64,000 bases of DNA from Minisyncoccota bacterium (GTDB lineage: Bacteria > Patescibacteriota > Minisyncoccia > Phycocordibacterales > UBA6065): assembly GCA_035714745.1 (NCBI GenBank), contig DASTLR010000007.1, forward strand, positions 6,205 to 70,204. Reading direction: 5' to 3'. The notes beneath the pieces were generated by a model that searched no databases, was not told the origin of the DNA, and worked only from the letters and a program-made list of their open reading frames with translations. Below are positions 17,470 through 26,055 of the stretch, piece by piece (positions within the stretch are counted from its first letter, which is position 1; every line of letters starts with the position of its first letter). The position numbers were made by a program, and so were the translations under genes.

Positions 17470-18663
17470 ATGGCAGCAAAAATTGAATTCTTTCCCGTAG
17501 ACAACGGAGACATGACACTCCTGACGCTTGAGAGCGGGCGCCAGGTGCTCATTGATATCCACATCAGACAGATTGATGATTCTGAGGAATCACCACCAGA
17601 CGTTACGACCATGCTCCGCAATCGACTGAAACGAGATGAACAGAACCGCCTGTACGTCGACGCTTTCCTGCTCACCCACCCAGACGAGGATCATATCCTC
17701 GGACTCTCTGAACACTTCCATCTCGGACCAATCGAAGACTGGGACGAGGATTCCGACAAAATTATCATCCGAGAGATGTGGTCGTCTCCGATCATATTCC
17801 GCCGAAAGAGTACGCTGGCTGAAAAAGCGAGCGTCACACTTTGCGATGACGCCATCGCTTGGTGGAACGAGGCGCGCCGACGAGTAAAAGCTTTCAGGGA
17901 TGGAGACGGTCTCAACGACGGTAACCGAATTCTTGTGCTAGGAGACGATATTGGCGATAAGGAAGCGGGATTGGAACAAATCAATATCCGCATCGGAAAT
18001 AGCTTTAGCCACATCTGCGGAACCGAGGACGGCTCTGTGATTATTGACTTGCTCGGCCCATTGCCTCAGCAGGAAACCGAAGAGGACGAAGAGGCATTGG
18101 CGAAAAACCGCTCAAGCGTAATAGCCCGTTTCCGATTCACGATAGACGATACAGATGATGCATTCATGTTCCTCGCCGGAGGAGACGCCGAAGTGTTCGT
18201 ATGGGAGCGCATTTGGGACATGCATAAAGACCATCCCGCAACCCTCTCCTACGACCTTCTTCAGACACCTCATCATTGCTCATTTCATTCAATGTCCTCA
18301 GACAGCTGGTCCGAGCGAGGCGAGGATGCGAAGGTGAATTCGAAAGCGTTGAACGCTCTGTCCCAAGCAAAGAAAGGCGCAAGCATAGTTTCTAGTTCAA
18401 AGCCGATTTCGGACGATGACGATGATCCTCCTTGCGTTCGCGCCGCGCGCGAATACGAGGCAATTGCCAAAAGGGTTGGTGGAAAGTTCATATGTACAAT
18501 GACACACCACGGAGAGGGAGAGCCTGACGTGCTTCTCTTCACGCTTGGCGAAGATGGTGGAAATAAAGGATACCATTCCCCTATTCCAACCGGCCCAGTA
18601 ATCTCTCGCCTCGACCCGCCAACAGGAGAGTTTGAAAAACACGGTGGCGGTCGTTATGCCTAA
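17470..18663 (+). CDS. metallo-beta-lactamase-fold protein
   Basis: FFPVDNGDMTLL...LIDIH...LLTHPDEDH (HxHxDH motif) and later His and Asp ligands. The 3' end overlaps the next gene by 32 nt. Confidence 0.78.
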   Translation: MAAKIEFFPVDNGDMTLLTLESGRQVLIDIHIRQIDDSEESPPDVTTMLRNRLKRDEQNRLYVDAFLLTHPDEDHILGLSEHFHLGPIEDWDEDSDKIIIREMWSSPIIFRRKSTLAEKASVTLCDDAIAWWNEARRRVKAFRDGDGLNDGNRILVLGDDIGDKEAGLEQINIRIGNSFSHICGTEDGSVIIDLLGPLPQQETEEDEEALAKNRSSVIARFRFTIDDTDDAFMFLAGGDAEVFVWERIWDMHKDHPATLSYDLLQTPHHCSFHSMSSDSWSERGEDAKVNSKALNALSQAKKGASIVSSSKPISDDDDDPPCVRAAREYEAIAKRVGGKFICTMTHHGEGEPDVLLFTLGEDGGNKGYHSPIPTGPVISRLDPPTGEFEKHGGGRYA

Positions 18664-20467
18664 GTCAACAACAACACACCGCAGGACATTCCGTGAGTCC
18701 ATTTCGAATGTCGACAAGTTTCTTCGAGAAAAACTCGGAAACGCGATTAGCACCCTCTCAAATAGAGAGCTGAGCGGTTATGATAACGGCCATCGCTTTG
18801 TGCGTGGATGGAAAATCAAAGACAAATCGCTCGAGGCAATATTTAAAGTCTTGATTCCAAGCGACTTTCCATACGGTGTCCCAAGAATCGCGATTGAGGA
18901 TCTAGAAGAACCCGACAGGGATCTCGGTAAAACTGTCCCCCACATTGAAGGCAAGGGTCTCCTCTGCCTCCCGAAGCTCAATGCTTCTCCAAGCAACCCG
19001 ACAGGACTTGTGCGCGAGCTACTCCAGATGGCGAAGACATACATAGAGACCTTCTCTAACCAACCAGAAAGGGTTGATCAAGATTTCCAAGACGAGTTCA
19101 TCTCTTATTGGAATCGACATAGGACAAAGGATGCGGACCCGATCTTGTCGCTAATCGACCCCCTCTCTGAGACGCATGAGATAATGGTCAGCAAGACGAA
19201 GGATGGTTTCCTGATCGTTGGTGAATCGACCGAGACCATCAGCAGCTGGCATAAAAATCGATTTCCGATGACGAAAGAGCTACCTTTTCAAAAAGGTCTC
19301 TTTATAAAATTGGACAAACCCCCGATACCAGAGCAGTTTCCAGATACAGTTTCGGAACTTAAGAATCTGATCGTATCTAATGCTCCAAGCGCCCTAAATG
19401 CCTTTATGGGGCGCCTAATAAACGTGAACCCGTATGTCGTTATAATGTCGTTCGCCAAGGGCTCCGAAGTCGGACTTATCGGCGTAAGCATTCTTAGCAA
19501 CACCGACAAGTCGCGAATCACCCGCGGCTTCAGAGGCACCGCCTACATGACCCCCGAAATGAAACTGAATCGACTGACAGAGCACTCGGAAACCAAAAGA
19601 TGTCAGGTAGTCCGCCTAGAACATGATTGGGTGCACGGCCGAGGCAAAGACACGTCTCAAGGTATCTTAAAGAAATCGAGGGTAACAATCCTTGGTTGCG
19701 GTTCTCTGGGTTCTCATACGGCAGTACGGCTCGCACAAGCGGGCGTGGGACAAATCACCCTAGTGGACCCAGAAAGCCTTGATGCCGCTAACGTGGGGCG
19801 ACATGCTTTGGGAATCCGCCACATAGAAAGGTCGAAAGCATATTCTCTTTCAGAGGAGCTAAGGGAGCGATTCCCTCACCTTAAAATCCTACCTTGTCCT
19901 ACGAAATGGGAGATTCTGATGGAGAAAAATTCAGATCATTTTAAAAAAGCCGACCTCGTCATAAGCACGATTGGTGAATGGCATGCGGAGGGGCCATTAA
20001 ACGAATGGCAGTCATCAGAAGATTTAGCCCCACCAATCCTATACGGTTGGATGGAGGCGCGCGCATCGGTCGCACACGCAGTGCTGATAAAAAAACCAGG
20101 TCCATGTCTTCAGTGCGTATTGGAAGAAAACGGCGACATGAGGGCGCCTGACTCTGAAGGTTGGCCTGATAACGATGGATTGGAATCAGAACCAGCGTGC
20201 GGCTCAACGTTTCAACCCTACGGACCCATCGATCTAGCTTTCGCTGAAGCCCTCGTCTCGGACCTGGCCATCGCCATGTTGACAGGAGATCAGGTAGAGA
20301 GCATTCATAGGGTACACGCGGTGTCTAAAAGCCGCATGGAAAAACTTCGAGGAAAATGGACAGATACCCACAAAAAGTTTCGTCCCGAGGGTTTCAACGG
20401 GAGCTTCCAATATGAGAGGCCCTTAAAGAAACACAAAGAGTGTCCACTCTGCTCACAAAAAACATGA
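18632..20467 (+). CDS. Cap2-like E2-E1 fusion protein (UBC-like E2 domain + ThiF/MoeB E1 domain)
   Basis: N-terminal PHIEGKGLLCLPKL fits the E2 HPN-x-G-x-(I/L)C(L) catalytic-Cys motif. The central VTILGCGSLGSHTAVRLAQAGVGQITLVDPE is an E1 Rossmann/GxGxxG motif. The C-terminus has CLQC and CPLC Zn Cys pairs. Confidence 0.85.
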   Translation: MKNTVAVVMPKSTTTHRRTFRESISNVDKFLREKLGNAISTLSNRELSGYDNGHRFVRGWKIKDKSLEAIFKVLIPSDFPYGVPRIAIEDLEEPDRDLGKTVPHIEGKGLLCLPKLNASPSNPTGLVRELLQMAKTYIETFSNQPERVDQDFQDEFISYWNRHRTKDADPILSLIDPLSETHEIMVSKTKDGFLIVGESTETISSWHKNRFPMTKELPFQKGLFIKLDKPPIPEQFPDTVSELKNLIVSNAPSALNAFMGRLINVNPYVVIMSFAKGSEVGLIGVSILSNTDKSRITRGFRGTAYMTPEMKLNRLTEHSETKRCQVVRLEHDWVHGRGKDTSQGILKKSRVTILGCGSLGSHTAVRLAQAGVGQITLVDPESLDAANVGRHALGIRHIERSKAYSLSEELRERFPHLKILPCPTKWEILMEKNSDHFKKADLVISTIGEWHAEGPLNEWQSSEDLAPPILYGWMEARASVAHAVLIKKPGPCLQCVLEENGDMRAPDSEGWPDNDGLESEPACGSTFQPYGPIDLAFAEALVSDLAIAMLTGDQVESIHRVHAVSKSRMEKLRGKWTDTHKKFRPEGFNGSFQYERPLKKHKECPLCSQKT

Positions 20468-20961
20468 AAGACTTAACCTACAAACTACCTGGGTCTTTGG
20501 GCATAGTAATCTTCAGCGAGGCTGCGCTCAGAACAATCTCAACGTATCGTCAGTGCGGCTTCTTCAGCAAGGAAGCAGGAGGGCAGCTATTTGCAGAAAT
20601 TGAGAACGGTGTCATGCGAATAGTAGACGCGACCGAACCAAGAAAAAAAGACCGTCGAGGGAAATTCAGCTTTTGGCCCCACCGACCAACTGAACAAACC
20701 GAAATCAAGGAACGCTTTAAGAAAAAAGGCTTGCACTTCGTAGGCGACTGGCACACTCACCCTGAATCCACGCCATCCCCTTCTGGGAGCGATGCAAGAA
20801 GTATCGCAGAGACCATGAGGCAAAGTCGCCATACCCTGCCAGGCATCCTATTAGTAATCATAGGGACCTTAGAGCTTCCCGACGGTCTATATGTCGGATT
20901 CCAAACCAAAACGATGCTCTACAAGCTTGATGTGTTGACGACTGGCGAAAAAGTGGTTTAA
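20440..20961 (+). CDS. Cap3-like JAB/JAMM (MPN+) isopeptidase
   Basis: EAGGQLFAEIE...GDWHTHPESTPSPSGSD matches the E...HxH-x7-S-xx-D JAMM zinc site. The gene overlaps the E2-E1 gene by 28 nt. Confidence 0.85.
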   Translation: MSTLLTKNMKDLTYKLPGSLGIVIFSEAALRTISTYRQCGFFSKEAGGQLFAEIENGVMRIVDATEPRKKDRRGKFSFWPHRPTEQTEIKERFKKKGLHFVGDWHTHPESTPSPSGSDARSIAETMRQSRHTLPGILLVIIGTLELPDGLYVGFQTKTMLYKLDVLTTGEKVV

Positions 20962-20970
20962 GCGTATTAT

Positions 20971-21573
20971 TTGCTCATGACCGATAAGATATTCTCTAAG
21001 CTGAACGTATACGACCAGATCGGATATCTGCTTGTTGGCAGCATCGCCTCACTGGTTTTCCTTTTCAACAACAAATTACTCGGCTCCCCTATCGACATCC
21101 CGGCTTTTGATATCAGTAGCCTAATCATATGGGCGATCGTGGCTTATTTCGTGGGTCATATCGTCCACGCAGTTGCCAATATAATCATCAAAGAAAATAA
21201 AACCGATTTCTCCGAATCGGACAAGGAGATACTTGAACGAGGAAAGCACTTCTTCGACCTCAAGAAGCAAGAACTCAATGCCACATATCTCTTGTGTTAC
21301 ATGCTCGCGTCTGCAAAAGATGTAACGGGCCAAGTCCAATCATTCAATGCGTACTACAGCCTGTATCGGGGCTGGTTCATAATTTTCCTGCTAGAGATGA
21401 ATTTCCTTTCATTTACGAGCATAATGCATGGCTTCAGCCTGCACATCCTCATACTTTTCAGCATAGCCTCATTCATTGCCTATCTCACCCTCAATAGAAC
21501 ACGAAGGTTCTACGGCTACTCTCGCGCAAAGACACTTCAAACATTTACTCTGATTGAGAAACTCAAACTATAA
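20971..21573 (+). CDS. multi-TM membrane protein (candidate effector)
   Basis: About four hydrophobic helices. The start is 10 nt after the JAB gene stop, and the 3' end overlaps the next gene. Confidence 0.45.
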   Translation: MLMTDKIFSKLNVYDQIGYLLVGSIASLVFLFNNKLLGSPIDIPAFDISSLIIWAIVAYFVGHIVHAVANIIIKENKTDFSESDKEILERGKHFFDLKKQELNATYLLCYMLASAKDVTGQVQSFNAYYSLYRGWFIIFLLEMNFLSFTSIMHGFSLHILILFSIASFIAYLTLNRTRRFYGYSRAKTLQTFTLIEKLKL

Positions 21574-22141
21574 TCAGAATCGTATGAAGCCAAACAATTT
21601 TCTTCAGAAAATCGGCATAGAAAGAGGAAATCTCAAACCGTTTTCACTCTTCGTGCTGGGCATTATCCTAGTCACAACCGCATTTACTGTAACTCCATTC
21701 TTTGCAACTATCGGTCCAGCAATTCTTATCATCGTCTTTGGTGTCTTTTTCTCAATCCTGTGGTTTGTTGCTGGCTATGCTGTATTCCGCTCACTCCTCG
21801 TCGCGAGCGTCGGGCTCAGCTTCATCATATTCATAGGCCAGTCTTACTGCGACCTGCCTATTGACGAGCGCGTGGCAGACAGCGCGCTGATGACCCTTAT
21901 TGGATTCGGCTTCATCTATGTGACAGCGCAATTCGGCAAGTCTCTCTACAAGGAATTATTCGGAGACAAAGATGCAAAGGAAGATTGGAAGCAAAAGGGC
22001 ATGATTGGCGTTCTTAAAGAGATCAATCAGAACAAGCATTCATGGCTCGCGCTCATCACATATGGACTGCTTATAAGTCTGTTCATCTGGCAGGTTAATA
22101 GCGTAATCAGACCAATTATTAACGGCCTCTGCGTGTACTAA
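21554..22141 (+). CDS. multi-TM membrane protein (candidate effector)
   Basis: About four or five hydrophobic helices. Last gene of the overlapping operon. Confidence 0.45.
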   Translation: MRNSNYNQNRMKPNNFLQKIGIERGNLKPFSLFVLGIILVTTAFTVTPFFATIGPAILIIVFGVFFSILWFVAGYAVFRSLLVASVGLSFIIFIGQSYCDLPIDERVADSALMTLIGFGFIYVTAQFGKSLYKELFGDKDAKEDWKQKGMIGVLKEINQNKHSWLALITYGLLISLFIWQVNSVIRPIINGLCVY

Positions 22142-22142
22142 T

Positions 22143-22313
22143 ATGGCATTTGCAACGAATGGTACGCCCAACATGAAGGGTCTTGAGGATAAGGTAGAGA
22201 AGCTCCAAGAACTGCTCAAGAAAAGGAGGTGGTGGGAAACTACCTGGGTGCAGATCATTGCCTTTATAGGGGCAGTTGCTGGTATCGTCAGCCTCTATAC
22301 CCTTTTCGAGTAG
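22143..22313 (+). CDS. small C-terminally anchored membrane protein (56 aa)
   Basis: MAFATNGTPNMKGLEDKVEKLQELLKKRRWWETTWVQIIAFIGAVAGIVSLYTLFE. Not in the ORF track (<60 aa). It starts 2 nt after the previous gene. Confidence 0.3.
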   Translation: MAFATNGTPNMKGLEDKVEKLQELLKKRRWWETTWVQIIAFIGAVAGIVSLYTLFE

Positions 22314-22335
22314 CCACTGTCGCTCCCAAACAAAA

Positions 22336-22633
22336 TATGGAGAAAAAGAATTACAGGATGAAGGCCGAGGCAGGAACCTTCAAGCTCACCCTGAATGTGC
22401 TGAGGGTCACTCACATGAGGCCCGGCTTCAAGCGTTTCCTAAGAAGGGTCTGGGCAGGCTTTTCACTAAGTGGGGATACCACTAAACATCCCGAGGGAGT
22501 GATACTGAGCAGGGTCGTCGATAGAGAGAACAATAAGTACGAAGAGCTGGTAATCGATAATAAGACCGGCACGGTCGCACGATCCGTACAAGAACCGCTA
22601 ACCGAGCATTTCTCCAGATCAAAGAAATCATAA
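22336..22633 (+). CDS. hypothetical protein
   Basis: Internal Met (MEKKNYRMKAEAG) of the 22229-22633 ORF. No domain recognised. Confidence 0.3.
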
Positions 22634-22755
22634 TCCTTAAAGCAGTGTCACTTTTGTCACATTTTGGTCGCTCAGGACGGGTCGATTTGATAAAATTAGG
22701 AACGTCACAAAAGCGTTGCTGGGTATAGCATCGTTTGGTTCTATCCCGAGAACGC

Positions 22756-22792
22756 CAACCAAGTTGAGAGTAGTTTATATCGCTCAGGACGG
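22756..22792. repeat. attR-like direct repeat with degenerate tRNA-Gln 3' fragment
   Basis: CAACCAAGTTGAGAGTAGTTTATATCGCTCAGGACGG. A degenerate copy of the tRNA T-arm/acceptor lies upstream (TTGGTTCtATcCCgAGaaCGcCAACCAAG). An extra copy of TCGCTCAGGACGGGT sits at 22667-22681. Confidence 0.65.
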
Positions 22793-22841
22793 GTGCTCTA
22801 GTATCAAAGTTACAAATCAGAAAATCTGATACAATTTTGGT

Positions 22842-23822
22842 ATGAAAAATTATCAAGGGGATTTTATAGCTCCTACAGTCATCGGGTTAATTATTTTAAT
22901 TGCGGTAGGCGGTGGAATATATTTTGTTCAAAAGAAAAAAGTTCAGCCGATAACCGAAGGAACAAATAACGTCTCTGGCTTAACAACCTACAAAAACGAA
23001 CAGTATGACTTTGAGATTTCATACGATTCGTCAAAGCATTCTATAAAAGCAGAGGGAGATAAAATCGTCGGTTATACAGATTACGATTTAATTTTTAACG
23101 AATCTAATAAGCGCGGATTTGAAGAGAGTCATACGTTGTATGCCTTTCCGAAAGAAGTTGCTGAAACAATAGACAATGCTATTAAGAGAGTGATCCTCAC
23201 ATCTGAACATAATCCTAAGGATGTGTGTAGAGCATTGCCCCTATCAGAAATGGGCGATTATACAAGAAGGTACATAGACTGCGGTGACACTGAGACTGAG
23301 TATAAAAATTACGAGAAGCTCCCAACCTATTATGTTGGACGTTCCCCATCAGCATACTTCCTCTACAATCCATCGTATCCCCATGTTTTCTTTTACGCCG
23401 TGGGAGATCAAGTAAGTGACAATTTCTTGCTTACAGGCTTGAAATTCACCGGAGCAAGCAATGTGCCATCAATCAAAGTTACTTCTCCAAATGGCGGTGA
23501 AACTTGGAAAATGTCCGAACAGAAATCTATTGTTTGGACTTCATCTAACCTGCCAAGTAATGCAAAGGTTGGCATTAGGCTGAGGTCAGAAAAAGATTTT
23601 TCCTATTTCTGTGATCCTGTTGGGGCAGAAGTTTTAGCAAAGCAGGGTTCATTTGCTATCACCCCAGCAACTACTGTATGTGTCGGCATCACATCAAGTC
23701 GACCAGAAGACAGATTCAAGCTCACTGCTGGTAGGTATAAAGTCGAGCTCGGTGCCACGAATTACGGCGGTGGAAAGGGGCTAATGGATTCAAGTGACAA
23801 TTATTTCACCATTACGAATTAA
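22842..23822 (+). CDS. hypothetical membrane-anchored extracellular protein
   Basis: N-terminal TM anchor. The gene is low-GC. No recognisable domain. Confidence 0.4.
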   Translation: MKNYQGDFIAPTVIGLIILIAVGGGIYFVQKKKVQPITEGTNNVSGLTTYKNEQYDFEISYDSSKHSIKAEGDKIVGYTDYDLIFNESNKRGFEESHTLYAFPKEVAETIDNAIKRVILTSEHNPKDVCRALPLSEMGDYTRRYIDCGDTETEYKNYEKLPTYYVGRSPSAYFLYNPSYPHVFFYAVGDQVSDNFLLTGLKFTGASNVPSIKVTSPNGGETWKMSEQKSIVWTSSNLPSNAKVGIRLRSEKDFSYFCDPVGAEVLAKQGSFAITPATTVCVGITSSRPEDRFKLTAGRYKVELGATNYGGGKGLMDSSDNYFTITN

Positions 23823-23843
23823 AAGTCATCTCGTCTTTAGGTT

Positions 23844-25289
23844 ATGATCACGAAAGAGCTCATTGAACATATAAAAAATCAATCCGCTCTAGGGAAAAAT
23901 TCTCTGGATATAAAACAGGAGCTGATTTCTAGTGGTGGATGGTCAGCGTCAGATATAGATGAAGCGTTCAGGGTTATTAACTCCACACCAAGAAGATCGG
24001 TCCTGCCTTATATCTTTTCTGCTATATTATTCCTAGTTTTAGGAGGTGTCGCATTCGCGCATATAACGAAAAGCGCTCAACCCAACCTACGTCAGACCGT
24101 AGAAAATCCTGATGTCTCAGAAATGATATTTAGAGATAATTCTATAAATATCGATAACTCTAAAAATACCGTCGTCCCACCGATTCAAGACGAGACTAAA
24201 GAAGCTCCACTCGCTCAGGACCAAAAAACTCCTACAGAAAATCAGAAACCGATCAAAAGCTACAATCTCGGCACTATTTCTATCCGAGCAATCGTTGCAA
24301 ATATAGATGAAGTGAGCGATAAGTTTGGATCCTATGGGATGAAATTTGGTAAGTCGAAATTATCCGAAGTAGACCAAGCACTTCAGAGATTGAATACGTT
24401 TGTAAAGAAAAGTTCATACGAAAAAGCACAATTAGAATGGACTACCTCGGGTGTATATGAACTTGGGAGGGGTGTATGTGACAAGAGTTCGTATGGAGCC
24501 AAGGTAAATGATCTCATCGAACGAGCTTTGAAAGCTGCTGATTCAGAAAGTCCACTCGAAGACTATTCTTTCTACGTTGTAATTCATCCATTGCCCGATT
24601 GTCCGAGTGGTGAATATTGGAGTTATGAAGGACGGGGTCAATTCAAGACATATAGTCTCAATGGTAGGACCGTCAACCTAAGAGGCATACATATAAGCGA
24701 CTTGTCCGATCATTATCTCTTTCATGAATTTGGACACTCACTTGGCTATAAACTAGAAAAAGGAATCGGTCACCCCGACTATATGAACTGTCCAATAACA
24801 ACAAATGGCAGTGAAGTTCAAATCGCTATATCAAATACCTGTCGCCATATTTTCGATTTCAATAGTGGTGCAACACCGATCTACACAATGATGTCTACGC
24901 CAAACACTTTGGCTGATTATAGTGCTATCGAAAAGGAAACTGCTGATTGGTTGGATGGTTCCGATATCATTACAGCGACATCCGGAGAATATCTTTTATC
25001 AGCACTCGAACAAGCTGGACCAAGTCCGAAAGCTCTAAAAATTCCTATCCGGGGAACAAACTATACGGCATACGTGTCCTTCAGACTGCTCGGTGACAAC
25101 AAACCAAATGGTGTTATTTTGGATATAACAAACGGCGGAGTCGATAGCTTCCTTGTGACCAACAGTGCTGACAAAAATCAGCCACTCAAAATAGGGACAT
25201 CTTACCGTCTGGGGACAAATGGTCCGATCATACGGGTTATCAATATCGAAGATAATTCTGCTTCGGTCAGTATATCTAGCTCAAATTAA
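23844..25289 (+). CDS. membrane-anchored zincin-like metallopeptidase (HEFGH)
   Basis: N-terminal region followed by a TM helix. LFHEFGHSLGY contains the HExxH zinc-binding motif. Confidence 0.5.
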   Translation: MITKELIEHIKNQSALGKNSLDIKQELISSGGWSASDIDEAFRVINSTPRRSVLPYIFSAILFLVLGGVAFAHITKSAQPNLRQTVENPDVSEMIFRDNSINIDNSKNTVVPPIQDETKEAPLAQDQKTPTENQKPIKSYNLGTISIRAIVANIDEVSDKFGSYGMKFGKSKLSEVDQALQRLNTFVKKSSYEKAQLEWTTSGVYELGRGVCDKSSYGAKVNDLIERALKAADSESPLEDYSFYVVIHPLPDCPSGEYWSYEGRGQFKTYSLNGRTVNLRGIHISDLSDHYLFHEFGHSLGYKLEKGIGHPDYMNCPITTNGSEVQIAISNTCRHIFDFNSGATPIYTMMSTPNTLADYSAIEKETADWLDGSDIITATSGEYLLSALEQAGPSPKALKIPIRGTNYTAYVSFRLLGDNKPNGVILDITNGGVDSFLVTNSADKNQPLKIGTSYRLGTNGPIIRVINIEDNSASVSISSSN

Positions 25290-25348
25290 AAGCTCGCCCG
25301 ACTTGGAGCGAGTTTCGACAAAGTTTGAACGTATTTGTCTGATTACGT

Positions 25349-25570
25349 TTAATAGTAGCGGAGTTCCTTTCCTTTGAAGCTAACCGAAAACGGGCTGACG
25401 AGAAGTGTTCGTCCGCCAGCGATGGGTTTAACTTTCATCTCTCCGCCTTTGATGATCTCTAGGAAAATGAATTCTCCTCGGCCGTTTGATACGGTAACTT
25501 GATCACCGGGCTTGACGCCCGATTTCTCAATCATCTTCCGTTTGACGATTGCCTTCTTATAGGGGTGCAT
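25349..25570 (-). CDS. hypothetical small protein (possible AbrB/MazE-like swapped-hairpin)
   Basis: MHPYKKAIVKRKMIEKSGVKPGDQVTVSNGRGEFIFLEI. Weak resemblance only. Confidence 0.25.
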   Translation of the reverse strand: MHPYKKAIVKRKMIEKSGVKPGDQVTVSNGRGEFIFLEIIKGGEMKVKPIAGGRTLLVSPFSVSFKGKELRYY

Positions 25571-26055
25571 AGGGAACCTCAGGTACTGAAACACTTGCTT
25601 CCGCTACCGACGTATTCAGGTCTATCAGCCCCGACTTCAAAAAGTTGGGATGCGACAAAGCCGAACGAGCGACTCCCGATGTAGCCGTTCTGGTATACGA
25701 ACAAGTCAAAGACGCTGATTATCCGCAGATCTTCGGCAGCTTGGATCAGAGCCTCGATCGTCTGGTGTTGACCACCCCGCAGATCAAGAGCTTTGTGGCG
25801 AATCATGCAAAGGACCACCTTCTCGAGGCAGAATGGACATGTTTTCGCTTTCTCTTTAAGACGGGTAACGAGTTCTTCATTGCGGACGCGCGCGTTCTCT
25901 CTGACGGCGGCCGCGAGGTTCGCGTCACCCGCTTCCTGGACGGCTCTGTCCGGCATGCCAAATACCGCCATCGTATCGTGGTTCCTCAACTAGCTGAGAA
26001 CTAGTTCTCTAACATCGTCCCACGCCACCGACCAATAGGATATACTCTAAATAAT

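Larger units (their letters stand above)
2218..22792. mobile_element. tRNA-Gln-integrated genomic island (~20.6 kb between att repeats; low-GC continues to ~25.3 kb)
   Basis: The island is flanked by direct repeats. A sharp GC drop (about 62% to about 42%) occurs exactly at the tRNA 3' end. It carries a serine recombinase, phage-like genes and a copper cargo. Confidence 0.65.

Noticed and set aside
22700-22770. Possible second tRNA gene at attR
   Set aside because: The T-arm/acceptor-like fragment (TTGGTTCTATCCCGAGAACGCCAACCAAG) has no matching 5' half and cannot fold into a cloverleaf. I interpret it as the decayed tRNA 3' duplicate created by integration.
25579-26004. Overlapping ORFs 25579-25989 (-) and 25645-26004 (+)
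   Set aside because: Both have similar third-position GC and neither shows a recognisable domain. I cannot decide which, if either, is real from sequence alone, so neither is reported as a feature.
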